Source: Bacteriovoracaceae bacterium (GTDB lineage: Bacteria > Bdellovibrionota > Bacteriovoracia > Bacteriovoracales > Bacteriovoracaceae). Taken from it: DNA of 14,678 nucleotides. Position 1 is the stretch's first letter, and every line of letters begins with the position of its first letter. The stretch is from contig JBMYPC010000079.1 of assembly GCA_049599895.1 (NCBI GenBank), positions 1-14,678 on the forward strand, in the 5' to 3' direction. The notes under the pieces are model-generated. The model saw nothing but the letters and a program-made list of their open reading frames with translations, was not told the DNA's origin and searched no databases. A program made the translations under genes and the position numbers. This document shows, one piece after another, positions 1 through 8,810 of this stretch.

Positions 1-92
1 TCATTTTTTCTTAATAAAAATATTGTCAAAGTTAAAAACTTCCGTAAAAATTTTTCTATTACTTAACCATTTGACATTCACGGGAGTTATCC

Positions 93-371
93 ATGAACAG
101 AAAAGAGCTTATTGAAGCAGTACTAAAAGACAAAAACCTAGACCACCTTACAAAGAAAGATGCAGACCAATTCGTAGCAACTCTTCTTGACGTTGTTAGA
201 AAAGCTGTAAAGAAAGGCGACGACGTTTCTTTAATCGGTTTTGGAACTTTTACTAAGGTAAAAAGAGCAGCTAGAACAGGTGTTAACCCTGCAACTGGTG
301 AAAAAATCAAAATTAAAGCTAAAACTCTTCCAAAGTTTAAGCCAGGTAAGGCTTGGAAGGACATGTTCTAA
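93..371 (+). CDS. hup: HU-family DNA-binding protein (histone-like)
   Basis: 92 aa with HU/IHF signatures MNRKELI, VSLIGFGTF, RAARTGVNPATGEKIKI and PKFKPGK; GGGAG Shine-Dalgarno (SD) upstream of the ATG. Confidence 0.96.
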   Translation: MNRKELIEAVLKDKNLDHLTKKDADQFVATLLDVVRKAVKKGDDVSLIGFGTFTKVKRAARTGVNPATGEKIKIKAKTLPKFKPGKAWKDMF

Positions 372-400
372 GACGATTTTTAATTAATTTTAAAATATCG

Positions 401-440
401 AGACCGTCTTTTGTTCTCAGGAATAGAAGGCGGTTTTTTT
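401..440 (+). terminator. Rho-independent terminator of hup
   Basis: ACCGTCTTTTGTTC (403-416) pairs with GAATAGAAGGCGGT (421-434) with three G-U pairs and a TCAG loop, then a T-tract to 440; about 30 nt after the stop codon. Confidence 0.88.
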
Positions 441-695
441 ATACCTGCTTGAATACGCGGCTCTTTTTGTCGGGTACCTCGGAGAATATCACTCTTTGGT
501 CAAAATATTGGCAGAGAGAATATCTCGGATAAGAAAATTTTTCACTTTTTCTAACTTTTCCCCATTTATCACTAGTACGAATTTGCCGCTTTCCCTTCAA
601 TTTTCCTCCAAGCTGTATACTTTTTGACAGAGGGTATTAATAAAGCGGAAGAATTTGCAAGTTTCGCTTTAAAAGACAATTTCTAAGGAAGATTC
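441..695 (+). promoter_or_regulatory. Promoter/regulatory region of the fliL-fliA operon (exact promoter not resolved)
   Basis: Non-coding gap between the hup terminator and fliL. It holds direct repeats GAGAATATC (482-490, 516-524) and GAATTTGC (579-586, 651-658), a GG-N10-GC spacing at 633-646, and an inverted repeat at 641-671. Confidence 0.55.
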
Positions 696-1244
696 ATGGC
701 CGACGAATTACCAACACCAGAAGAAGGAGCTGAGGAGAAAGAAGCTAGTGGGAAAAACCCCTTACTGACTTTAGTTCTTATTCTTAACACCGTAGTAGTA
801 GGTGCAGCAGCATTCATGCAATACCAGGCCCACAAAAGCCAGGCTGAACAACCAACCATTGTTGAAATCGCAAAAGCAGTTAATGAGCTTGAAGATGAAG
901 AGACAAAAGCTCTAGAGTCTGGGGAAGCTCAAGAAAAGGACGGAATCCTTTTTCCATTAGATCCTTTTACCGCCAACCTTGCTCAAGGTGATGGGCCACG
1001 CCGCTATTTAAGGCTAAGTGCTGTCTTAAAATTCAGCAAAGAATCAAGCGAAGAAGAATTTAAGGCAAGAAAGCCGCAAATTCGAGACACGATTATTAGT
1101 ATTCTTAACGCCAAAAGACCGAATGACCTTCTTCAAAGAGAAGGAAAAAGTTTTTTAAAAGAAGAAATTAAATCTGCCATAAATACGTTTCTAGTCGATG
1201 GCAAGATTTTGGATGTCTATTACGTAGGCTTTCAAGTTAACTAG
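696..1244 (+). CDS. fliL: Flagellar basal body-associated protein FliL
   Basis: Single N-terminal TM helix; C-terminal FliL motifs LDPFTANL, RRYLRL, PQIRDTIISIL, EGKSFLKEEI and VYYVGFQVN; directly upstream of fliM. Confidence 0.95.
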   Translation: MADELPTPEEGAEEKEASGKNPLLTLVLILNTVVVGAAAFMQYQAHKSQAEQPTIVEIAKAVNELEDEETKALESGEAQEKDGILFPLDPFTANLAQGDGPRRYLRLSAVLKFSKESSEEEFKARKPQIRDTIISILNAKRPNDLLQREGKSFLKEEIKSAINTFLVDGKILDVYYVGFQVN

Positions 1245-1287
1245 AGTATAAATTTAAATCAAACCCTGACTCAGGAGGAGAAAGGTA

Positions 1288-2328
1288 ATGGCCCAGGTTT
1301 TAAGTCAAGACGAAGTTGATGCGCTATTAAATGCTGTAGGTGATGGAGATGATGATCTACTAGGTGGTGATGACGGCGGGGGAATGGATTTTGACGCCGA
1401 AGAAGAAGATGAGAATATACAGACGTATGATCTTACCAATCAAGACCGAGTTATTCGTGGGCGAATGCCTATCCTGGAAATTATCTATGAAAGATTTATC
1501 AGACAATTCCGTGTCTCTCTTTCAAACTCTCTAAGAAAAATTTCGACAATTTCAATGATTTCAACCGACCTTTTAAAGTTCGGTGAATTTGTAAATACGC
1601 TGCCAATACCATCTTGTATGTGTATCATGCGTTTCAATGAATTAAGAGGTCCAGCTCTTCTTGTTTTTGAATCAAAACTGGCTTATGCCATCATCGATTC
1701 ATACTTTGGTGGAACAGATAGACCCTTTACAAAAATCGAAGGGAAGGAATTTACACAAATTGAACTTTCTTTTATGAAGAAGGTTATGGATATGGCCATT
1801 TCTGATCTTGAAGAAGCTTGGGCCCCTGTTCATCGAATTGATGCTCAGTACTTAAGAACAGAAATTAACCCACAGTTCGTTGGGGTTGTTCCTCCAAGTG
1901 ATGTTATTATCGCAACGACTCTTGAAGTTGAATTTGAATCAGCTTCAGGAACCATCATGATTGTTGTTCCTTATTCAACAATTGAACCCATTAAGCAAAA
2001 ACTAAGTTCTAGTTTTCAAACTGACAACGATATGGCCGACAGTATCTGGACTCAGTCAATGAAAGAACACATTAAAGAAGTGACTGCGAACCTTGTTGTT
2101 AAGCTCGGGGAAAATGATATGACTGTAGGGGATCTCATTACTCTACAAAAAGGTGACATCATTCCACTTAACCAAGAAGCTTCTGGTGAAGTCAGTATCG
2201 CGGTTGAAGGTGTTGAAAAGATGAAGTGCCTTATCGGTGTCCACAAAGGAAACCGAGCTGTTCAACTTACGCATATTAATAAAGACAGAATATTTAAAGA
2301 AGATCTTCTTAAAAGAAAAGAAGAGTAG
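1288..2328 (+). CDS. fliM: Flagellar motor switch protein FliM
   Basis: N-terminal CheY-binding [10 protein letters not shown], middle domain with YFGG and EINPQF, C-terminal SpoA domain (LQKGDII); AGGAGG SD. Confidence 0.97.
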   Translation: MAQVLSQDEVDALLNAVGDGDDDLLGGDDGGGMDFDAEEEDENIQTYDLTNQDRVIRGRMPILEIIYERFIRQFRVSLSNSLRKISTISMISTDLLKFGEFVNTLPIPSCMCIMRFNELRGPALLVFESKLAYAIIDSYFGGTDRPFTKIEGKEFTQIELSFMKKVMDMAISDLEEAWAPVHRIDAQYLRTEINPQFVGVVPPSDVIIATTLEVEFESASGTIMIVVPYSTIEPIKQKLSSSFQTDNDMADSIWTQSMKEHIKEVTANLVVKLGENDMTVGDLITLQKGDIIPLNQEASGEVSIAVEGVEKMKCLIGVHKGNRAVQLTHINKDRIFKEDLLKRKEE

Positions 2329-2351
2329 AGCAAAGGAATCAGGAGTCAAAA

Positions 2352-2732
2352 ATGGCAAGTGAAGCAAAAAACTTAGAACCTGTTGAGGATAATCAATTCT
2401 TAGACAAAGTTTATGTAAAGAAGTTAGCTGATGAAGTTAAGGCCGGTGACGATGCTCTTAATAAGCTAAAAGTTCAAAACTTAGACTTTATTCTCGATAT
2501 CCCTCTGAAAGTAACGGTGGAATTAGGAAGAACATCTGTAATTATTAAAGACCTCCTTCAATTAGGTCAAGGTTCAGTTCTTGAACTCAACAAACTGGCA
2601 GGAGAGCCACTTGAAATTCTTGTTAACGGAAAGTTAGTGGCCAAGGGTGAAGTTGTCGTTGTGAATGAAAAATTTGGAATCCGATTAACAGATATTATTA
2701 GTCCTGTTGAGAGAATTGAAACTCTTAAATAG
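2352..2732 (+). CDS. fliN: Flagellar motor switch protein FliN
   Basis: [36 protein letters not shown] and [24 protein letters not shown]. Confidence 0.97.
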   Translation: MASEAKNLEPVEDNQFLDKVYVKKLADEVKAGDDALNKLKVQNLDFILDIPLKVTVELGRTSVIIKDLLQLGQGSVLELNKLAGEPLEILVNGKLVAKGEVVVVNEKFGIRLTDIISPVERIETLK

Positions 2733-2741
2733 GGGGGAATG

Positions 2742-3776
2742 ATGGCAAACAATTTATTTAGACTTTTTCTTTTATATCTAGTCGCAAGTTTCGTTTCAGA
2801 AAGTTACGCGAAAGATCGTATTGAAGGAGTTCAATACTCTGATCAAGGTGAAAAACGAGTTTTTGAAATTAAATTCAGTGACATTAAGACAGCAAAGTCA
2901 AACCTTGAGTTTAAAAAGAATATAGTTCAGATCACCTTACATGATTCTATTGTTTGGCCAAAGATTGAAAAACTTGTTCGTGTCAATGGAGTGAGCCAAC
3001 CTCTTAAAGTTATGGCCTATCAATACACAAAAGACAGTGTGCGATTTAGAACAGTCTTTCCAGACAACGTAAAGGTTTCTCCTGAAGACTTTAAAGTTGT
3101 CCCTGGAAACAATACATTAAAACTTGTTTGGAAGAAGCCAAGCACTGGAGCTATTGGAAAGAATAATTATGATGATAGTTATCTTGAAAAGCTTTTAGCT
3201 GAGAAAATTTCAGAAGATACAACGAATACTCCAGTCAAAGATTTCATTAGCACTAAACAGGCAGCAATCCAAAAAGAGATGAAAAGTACTGTCGCTAAAA
3301 CTAAAGAAAGTGAAGGGAAGAGTTTTAATGAGTATCTTGTGAAATATTTCACGATCCTCGTTTTTGTCTTCGGTGGATTTGGTGGACTTCTCCTTCTTAT
3401 CCGTAAAGGTGTTATCAAAAAAGGAAAACTTAATTTTTTAAGTAACACAGGACAAATTGAACAAGTTTCTTCGACCTTCTTAGGACCAAAGAAAAGTCTT
3501 CACATTGTAAAAGTGGGAGGGCAAGTGTTTTTCTTAGGTGCGACTGACAACTCAATTAACCTTCTCTCTGAATTAAGTGCTCCTTCTGCTGTATTGAAAG
3601 AAGCTGAAAAGATCATCTCTGGAGACAACTTTGATGAGAGTCTTGATAAGCAAGAAGAAACATCAAAAGAATTTAAGATAAAAGAAGACATCACAAAGCC
3701 TGCAGCCAAAGAGTCAGGGGCAGAGTTTCTTGATCAGATTAAAGAGAAAGTGAAGAACTTAAAGTCTCTTCAGTAA
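2742..3776 (+). CDS. fliO: Long-form FliO (signal peptide, periplasmic beta-rich AMIN-like domain, TM helix, cytoplasmic FliO domain)
   Basis: Lies between fliN and fliP. FliO core IEQVSSTFLGPKKSLHIVKVGGQVFFLGATDNSINLLSEL follows a TM helix. Signal peptide ends at about SYA. The second ATG (2742) fits the GGGGGG SD spacing better than 2739. Confidence 0.85.
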   Translation: MANNLFRLFLLYLVASFVSESYAKDRIEGVQYSDQGEKRVFEIKFSDIKTAKSNLEFKKNIVQITLHDSIVWPKIEKLVRVNGVSQPLKVMAYQYTKDSVRFRTVFPDNVKVSPEDFKVVPGNNTLKLVWKKPSTGAIGKNNYDDSYLEKLLAEKISEDTTNTPVKDFISTKQAAIQKEMKSTVAKTKESEGKSFNEYLVKYFTILVFVFGGFGGLLLLIRKGVIKKGKLNFLSNTGQIEQVSSTFLGPKKSLHIVKVGGQVFFLGATDNSINLLSELSAPSAVLKEAEKIISGDNFDESLDKQEETSKEFKIKEDITKPAAKESGAEFLDQIKEKVKNLKSLQ

Positions 3777-3791
3777 ATAGAGGAAAGTGAA

Positions 3792-4538
3792 TTGAAAAGT
3801 ATTGGTCTTTTTCTTCTAACATTATTAGGTTTTTGGATTCCTACTGAGCTTTGGGCACAAACAGGGAATATGAGCCTTCCTGGAGTTTCCGTAAACTTTG
3901 GAACAGGTGCAGATTTAACAAATTCATTACAGCTTGTAGGGATGTTAACCATCTTAACTCTTGCTCCTGCAATCCTTATCCTTTGTACATGTTTTACACG
4001 AATCATTGTCGTTCTTTCATTTTTAAGACAAGCGATCGGAACAGCCAACATGCCGCCAAACCAACTTTTGATTGGTTTTTCCCTTTTTCTTACGGTTTTT
4101 ATTATGAAGCCTACAGGAACGGCAATTTACAATAATGCGATTCAGCCTTATCTCGATAAGAAGATCACTTCTAAGCAGGCTCTTCAAGGGATTGAAGTTG
4201 GGTTAAGAGGATTTATGACCAGACAAGTTCGTAAATCAGATATTGGATTGTTTTATGATGTGACAGGTGAAAAAGCTCCTGCAACAGTTAAAGATGTTCC
4301 TCTTTATTTTCTTGTTCCAGCATTTATTATCAGTGAATTAAAGACAGCTTTTCAAATCGGCTTTCTCCTTTATATTCCTTTTTTAATTCTTGATATGATC
4401 GTGGCTTCAGTTCTCATGGCCATGGGGATGATGATGCTTCCTCCGGTCGTTATCAGTTTACCGTTTAAGTTATTACTATTTGTACTTGTGGATGGCTGGC
4501 AGCTCATTACGGGCTCGATCTTAAGATCATTCAATTAG
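3792..4538 (+). CDS. fliP: Flagellar export gate protein FliP
   Basis: TTG start after a GAGGA SD; signal peptide; TCFTRIIVVLSFLRQAIG, PPNQ, AFIISELKTAFQIGF, MGMMMLPP and FKLLLFVLVDGW. Confidence 0.97.
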   Translation: MKSIGLFLLTLLGFWIPTELWAQTGNMSLPGVSVNFGTGADLTNSLQLVGMLTILTLAPAILILCTCFTRIIVVLSFLRQAIGTANMPPNQLLIGFSLFLTVFIMKPTGTAIYNNAIQPYLDKKITSKQALQGIEVGLRGFMTRQVRKSDIGLFYDVTGEKAPATVKDVPLYFLVPAFIISELKTAFQIGFLLYIPFLILDMIVASVLMAMGMMMLPPVVISLPFKLLLFVLVDGWQLITGSILRSFN

Positions 4539-4546
4539 GGGAAAAA

Positions 4547-4822
4547 ATGGATTTTGGAACAATCAGTGATATCACAAAAGAGGCGATTAAAATTGGACTC
4601 ATGATTTCAGCTCCAATGCTAATTGGTTCACTTTTGATGGGTATTTTTGTTTCAATCTTTCAAGCTGTTACTCAAATCAACGAGCAAACACTTTCTTTTA
4701 TTCCTAAGATTTTAGTAATCGTTGCTGCTGTTGCTCTTGGTGCACCATGGATGAGTGACAAAATGGCGACCTTTACAAAAGAATTAATTATTAATATCCC
4801 TCAATACGTTACAGGGAAGTAA
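4547..4822 (+). CDS. fliQ: Flagellar export gate protein FliQ
   Basis: VSIFQAVTQINEQTLSFIPK and GAPWM; 91 aa. Confidence 0.97.
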   Translation: MDFGTISDITKEAIKIGLMISAPMLIGSLLMGIFVSIFQAVTQINEQTLSFIPKILVIVAAVALGAPWMSDKMATFTKELIINIPQYVTGK

Positions 4823-5601
4823 TGAATATAACGATAACTGATATGAACATGCTCACTGCCTTTTGGCTTATGTTCCTTAGGTGGGGAGCTTCGTTAGTTC
4901 AGTTACCTCATTTTGATGAAGCTGCAATTCCTGGAAGAGTAAAAGTCTTATTAAGCTTTGTCTTTACTTTTGGCTTTGCTAAGTATCTCATGCCAATCGT
5001 TCTTGAAGATCTTGCTTTTATTGGAGCAGAGAATTATTGGATTCTGGCAATCTATTATGTTCTGATGGGCCTTGTCGTTGGTTACTTTGTCAAAAGTATT
5101 ATGTTCGTTTTTCAAATCGCAGGGTCTCTCATTACTCAGCAGATTGGTTTTTCAATGCTGAATTATTTTGATCCTAATGCCGGTCAACAAGTTGGTCCTT
5201 TTGAAAAATTGATCAAGTGGACAATCTTAATTATGATTATCACGACCCCTGCCCTTACTCCGATGATCAAAGGACTTATTCAATCATTTTACTTTCTTTC
5301 CATAAAGAATTTTTTCTCAGGTCAAATTCACTTTGACATGTTTTTTACCTTTTTTAAGGGGATTCTTCTCTCTGCAATCGTCCTTGCTTCGCCGCTCATT
5401 TTTACCAATGTTTTAATTAGTTGCCTTCTTGGTGTTATCGCAAGAACGGTTCCGCAAATGAATGTGATCATGGTGAGTTTTGTGATCAATATTGGTCTTG
5501 GTTTATTAGTTTTTATTGCGATCTCAAATGAATTCTTTGAGGTGGCCTTTAATATGTACGTTAACAAATTGGGTGTGTGGTTTCGAATGCTTCGAATATA
5601 G
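4822..5601 (+). CDS. fliR: Flagellar export gate protein FliR
   Basis: Multi-TM protein with IPGRVK, AGSLITQQIGFS, FDP and LGVIARTVPQMNV; TAATG stop/start overlap with fliQ. Confidence 0.94.
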   Translation: MNITITDMNMLTAFWLMFLRWGASLVQLPHFDEAAIPGRVKVLLSFVFTFGFAKYLMPIVLEDLAFIGAENYWILAIYYVLMGLVVGYFVKSIMFVFQIAGSLITQQIGFSMLNYFDPNAGQQVGPFEKLIKWTILIMIITTPALTPMIKGLIQSFYFLSIKNFFSGQIHFDMFFTFFKGILLSAIVLASPLIFTNVLISCLLGVIARTVPQMNVIMVSFVINIGLGLLVFIAISNEFFEVAFNMYVNKLGVWFRMLRI

Positions 5602-5626
5602 AAGCTTAGGAAACCAAAGGTGAGTC

Positions 5627-6727
5627 ATGGACGACGATAGCGACACAGGCGAAAAGACGGAAGAACCCTCCCTCCAGAGGATTGAGGATTTTCGAAAGCG
5701 TGGTGAAGTTGCAGTCTCAAAAGAGCTGAATAGCGTCCTTGTGCTTGTCGGAACTGTTTTTGTTACGGTTTTAAGTATCGCTTACATTTATGAAGAGTTT
5801 GAGCATCTTTTTGAATGGATTAACTCTCAGGATCTCAGCAAAGTCTTTGTTGGTTCTCATTATAAAAAGTTTATTCATCATATCGCTATTTTCTTTCTTA
5901 AAACGATTGCTCCTATTCTTGCGACGTCGTTTTGTTTAAGCTTTTTTTGTACAGTTGCCCAAATTGGCTTTCTTTTTTCTCCTGATGTTTTAAGTATTAA
6001 AGTTGAGAGACTCGATCCTATTAAAGGGATGAAGAAACTTTTCAGTGTTAAGGCTTTGGTTGAAGCAGTTAAGAGTGTCATGAAATTTGCGATGATTATA
6101 GCAATCACATATTTCTTTATGCAGGAAGAAGTTTATAAGTTTATGGGCTTTCTTCATATTGAAACGGAACAGGCTTTTCTTTATGGACAATCAGTTATTC
6201 TCAAGCTGATTTATTCGATTATTGTCGGTATGGCCATTGTTGCTGTTGGTGATTTGGCTTATCAAAAAATGAGCTATAAGAAAAAGCTCATGATGACAAA
6301 AGAACAGGCAAAAAGAGAGTCAAAAGAAAAAGATGGAAATCCAGAAGTTAAGCAAAGAATTAGAACAATCCAAAGAGAGATGGCGCAAAAGAGAATGATG
6401 AACGATGTTCCTGACGCTGATGTGATTGTGACAAACCCCACTCATATCTCTGTTGCTCTAAAGTTTGATACTAAGACAATGGTTGCTCCAATCGTTCTTG
6501 CAAAAGGCGCGGACAATGTTGCTCTTAAAATTAGAGAGATTGCAAAAGAAAAAGACATTCCTATTGTTGAAAACGTTCCGCTCGCGAGGGGAATTTATAA
6601 AACTGTAAAAGTTCGTCACCCGATACCACGGAACTTTTATAAAGCTGTGGCAGAAGTTTTAGCGTTTGTTTACAAATTAAAAAGAAGAAAGAAGGCACTT
6701 GGTTCAGGCGTGAGTGCAAGAGGATAA
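5627..6727 (+). CDS. flhB: Flagellar export substrate-specificity switch protein FlhB
   Basis: GEKTEEPS N-terminus, KLMMTKEQAKRESKEKDGNPEVK, and an intact NPTH autocleavage motif (6434-6445). Confidence 0.97.
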   Translation: MDDDSDTGEKTEEPSLQRIEDFRKRGEVAVSKELNSVLVLVGTVFVTVLSIAYIYEEFEHLFEWINSQDLSKVFVGSHYKKFIHHIAIFFLKTIAPILATSFCLSFFCTVAQIGFLFSPDVLSIKVERLDPIKGMKKLFSVKALVEAVKSVMKFAMIIAITYFFMQEEVYKFMGFLHIETEQAFLYGQSVILKLIYSIIVGMAIVAVGDLAYQKMSYKKKLMMTKEQAKRESKEKDGNPEVKQRIRTIQREMAQKRMMNDVPDADVIVTNPTHISVALKFDTKTMVAPIVLAKGADNVALKIREIAKEKDIPIVENVPLARGIYKTVKVRHPIPRNFYKAVAEVLAFVYKLKRRKKALGSGVSARG

Positions 6728-6733
6728 TAGTTC

Positions 6734-8809
6734 ATGGAAGAGTTTTTCGGAAAATTTAAAGGACTAACGAAAAATAACGATCTAGCAATTGCTGTTCTTG
6801 TTCTTTTAATTCTTTCGGTAATGATTATACCGGTAAATCCACTGTTCCTTGATTTACTTCTCGCTTTAACTCTCTCACTTTCTGTAATTGTTCTTCTTAT
6901 GAGTATTTACTCAAAGAAGCCACTCGACTTCTCAACTTTTCCAACTGTTCTTCTGATGACAACTCTCTTTAGGCTGTCTCTTAACGTTGCTTCGACAAGA
7001 AATATTCTTCTAAGAGGGGGAAGTGATGGAGCCGCAGCAGCCGGGGATATTATTCGTTCTTTTGGAGAGATTCTTGTTGAAGGAAATTATGTTGCAGGTC
7101 TTATCATCTTCATTATTTTAGTTGTCATTAACTTCTTAGTTATCACTAAAGGTGCTGGTAGAGTTGCCGAAGTTGCTGCAAGATTTACTCTCGATGCGAT
7201 GCCTGGAAAGCAGATGGCGATTGATGCAGACTTAAATGCTGGTCTGATTAACGATGCTGAAGCGAAAACGAGACGAGCGGAAGTCGCTCAAGAAGCTGAT
7301 TTTTACGGGTCGATGGATGGTGCTTCGAAGTTCGTTCGAGGTGATGCGATTGCTGGTATTGTTATTACTGTCATCAATATTATCGCCGGTATTATCGTTG
7401 GTGTTTTTCAATATGAATTAGACATTGCTCAAGCTGCTGAAACTTTCACTCTTTTAACAGTTGGTGATGGCCTTGTTTCTCAAATTCCTGCTCTTATCAT
7501 TTCGACTGCAGCTGGTGTTATCACCACTCGAAACTCAAATGAATCTTCACTAGGTCTTCAACTTGGGAAACAATTTAGACTTCATCCAAAAACAATTTAT
7601 ATTGCTGCCGGTATTCTTTTTCTCTTTGCTGTGATTCCAGGACTTCCTGGACTTCCTTTTATGATGGTTGGTTCAGGACTTGCATTTATGGCCTTTCGAA
7701 TTGAGAGAGGAATCGCCCAAGATAAAGTTGATGCACAAAAAGAAGAAACGATTGAGAAAAAGGCGACTGCTGAGAACCTTGAAGATCTTCTGGTTGTTGA
7801 AATGGTTGAACTTGAAGTTGGTTATGGTCTCGTGGACCTTGTGGATACCGAACAGAATGGGGACTTACTTGAAAGGATTACTCAGATTAGAAAACAATTT
7901 GCTCTTGATTGGGGTGTCATCATTCCATCAGTTCGAATTAAGGACAATTTAGAATTAAAGCCAGGTGAATACCGACTTAAAACAAAGGGGATTGATGTGG
8001 CCGCTGGTGAATTGTTACCAGATCACTTTTTAGCAATGGACCCTGGATCAGTAATTGAAAAAATTGATGGTGTTGAAACAATTGAGCCAGTTTTTGGACT
8101 TCCAGCTGTTTGGGTCACTGAAGAGATGAAAGACGATGCTCAATATAACGGTTATACCGTAGTCGATCTCTCAACTGTTATGGCCACACATATTACGGAG
8201 ATTCTTAAGTCCAATCTGCATGAGCTTTTTGGCCGACAAGAGCTTACAGGGCTACTTGATCACCTTAAGGAAGAATATCCCAAAATTGTTAATGATCTAA
8301 TACCTGATATACTAAATATAGGGGTTGTGTTGAAGGTTTTACAGAATCTTTTACGCGAGGGAGTGTCAATTAGGGACCTAAGAAGTATTCTAGAAGTTCT
8401 TGCAGAATATGGAATGAGTATCAAGGATCCCGACGCTTTAACTGAATATGTAAGGCAAGCACTTTATCGAAATATTACAGATACGATTAAGAGCGATCAG
8501 GGAGATATACCAATTTTTACACTAGATAGAGAAATTGAAGAAAACCTAGCAAATAATTTGGTACAATCTGATCATGGCCAAGAGCTTTCTCTTGATCCAA
8601 CTCTGACCCAAAACATTCTTGCGAGTCTTAACGAAAAAATTGAAGAAGCAACAAATCTAGGAGAGAAGATGGTTGTTCTTTGTTCACCGATTATACGGGG
8701 ACATTTTAAACGATTAACTGAAAAGTTTATACCGAATCTGGTTGTCGTTAGTCATAACGAATTAAGTCCAGATGCTAATATTAGATCCCTTGGAACAGTG
8801 AGGTTATAG
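6734..8809 (+). CDS. flhA: Flagellar export apparatus protein FlhA
   Basis: FHIPEP signature RVAEVAARFTLDAMPGKQMAIDADL, also FYGSMDGASKFVRGDA and LTVGDGLVSQIPAL; 691 aa. Confidence 0.98.
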   Translation: MEEFFGKFKGLTKNNDLAIAVLVLLILSVMIIPVNPLFLDLLLALTLSLSVIVLLMSIYSKKPLDFSTFPTVLLMTTLFRLSLNVASTRNILLRGGSDGAAAAGDIIRSFGEILVEGNYVAGLIIFIILVVINFLVITKGAGRVAEVAARFTLDAMPGKQMAIDADLNAGLINDAEAKTRRAEVAQEADFYGSMDGASKFVRGDAIAGIVITVINIIAGIIVGVFQYELDIAQAAETFTLLTVGDGLVSQIPALIISTAAGVITTRNSNESSLGLQLGKQFRLHPKTIYIAAGILFLFAVIPGLPGLPFMMVGSGLAFMAFRIERGIAQDKVDAQKEETIEKKATAENLEDLLVVEMVELEVGYGLVDLVDTEQNGDLLERITQIRKQFALDWGVIIPSVRIKDNLELKPGEYRLKTKGIDVAAGELLPDHFLAMDPGSVIEKIDGVETIEPVFGLPAVWVTEEMKDDAQYNGYTVVDLSTVMATHITEILKSNLHELFGRQELTGLLDHLKEEYPKIVNDLIPDILNIGVVLKVLQNLLREGVSIRDLRSILEVLAEYGMSIKDPDALTEYVRQALYRNITDTIKSDQGDIPIFTLDREIEENLANNLVQSDHGQELSLDPTLTQNILASLNEKIEEATNLGEKMVVLCSPIIRGHFKRLTEKFIPNLVVVSHNELSPDANIRSLGTVRL

Positions 8810-8810
8810 G

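Noticed and set aside
59..364. 101-aa minus-strand ORF
   Set aside because: Antisense shadow of hup, a common artefact of HU codon bias; no independent evidence of coding.
496..586. Sigma-54 sites at TTGGTC...TTGGC (496-512) and CTAGTACGAATTTGC (572-586)
   Set aside because: Neither gives the invariant GG-N10-GC: the first has GG at -12, and the second lacks GG and is one base short.
624..652. TTGACA as a sigma-70 -35 for fliL
   Set aside because: No acceptable -10 hexamer at 16-18 nt spacing.
2732..2737. G6 tract as a phase-variation site before fliO
   Set aside because: Too short, and adequately explained as the fliN stop plus SD.
2052..6190. Short minus-strand or alternate-frame ORFs (2052, 2143, 2567, 3179, 3500, 3770, 3851, 5328, 5878, 5990)
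   Set aside because: All overlap well-supported flagellar genes and show no recognisable motifs.
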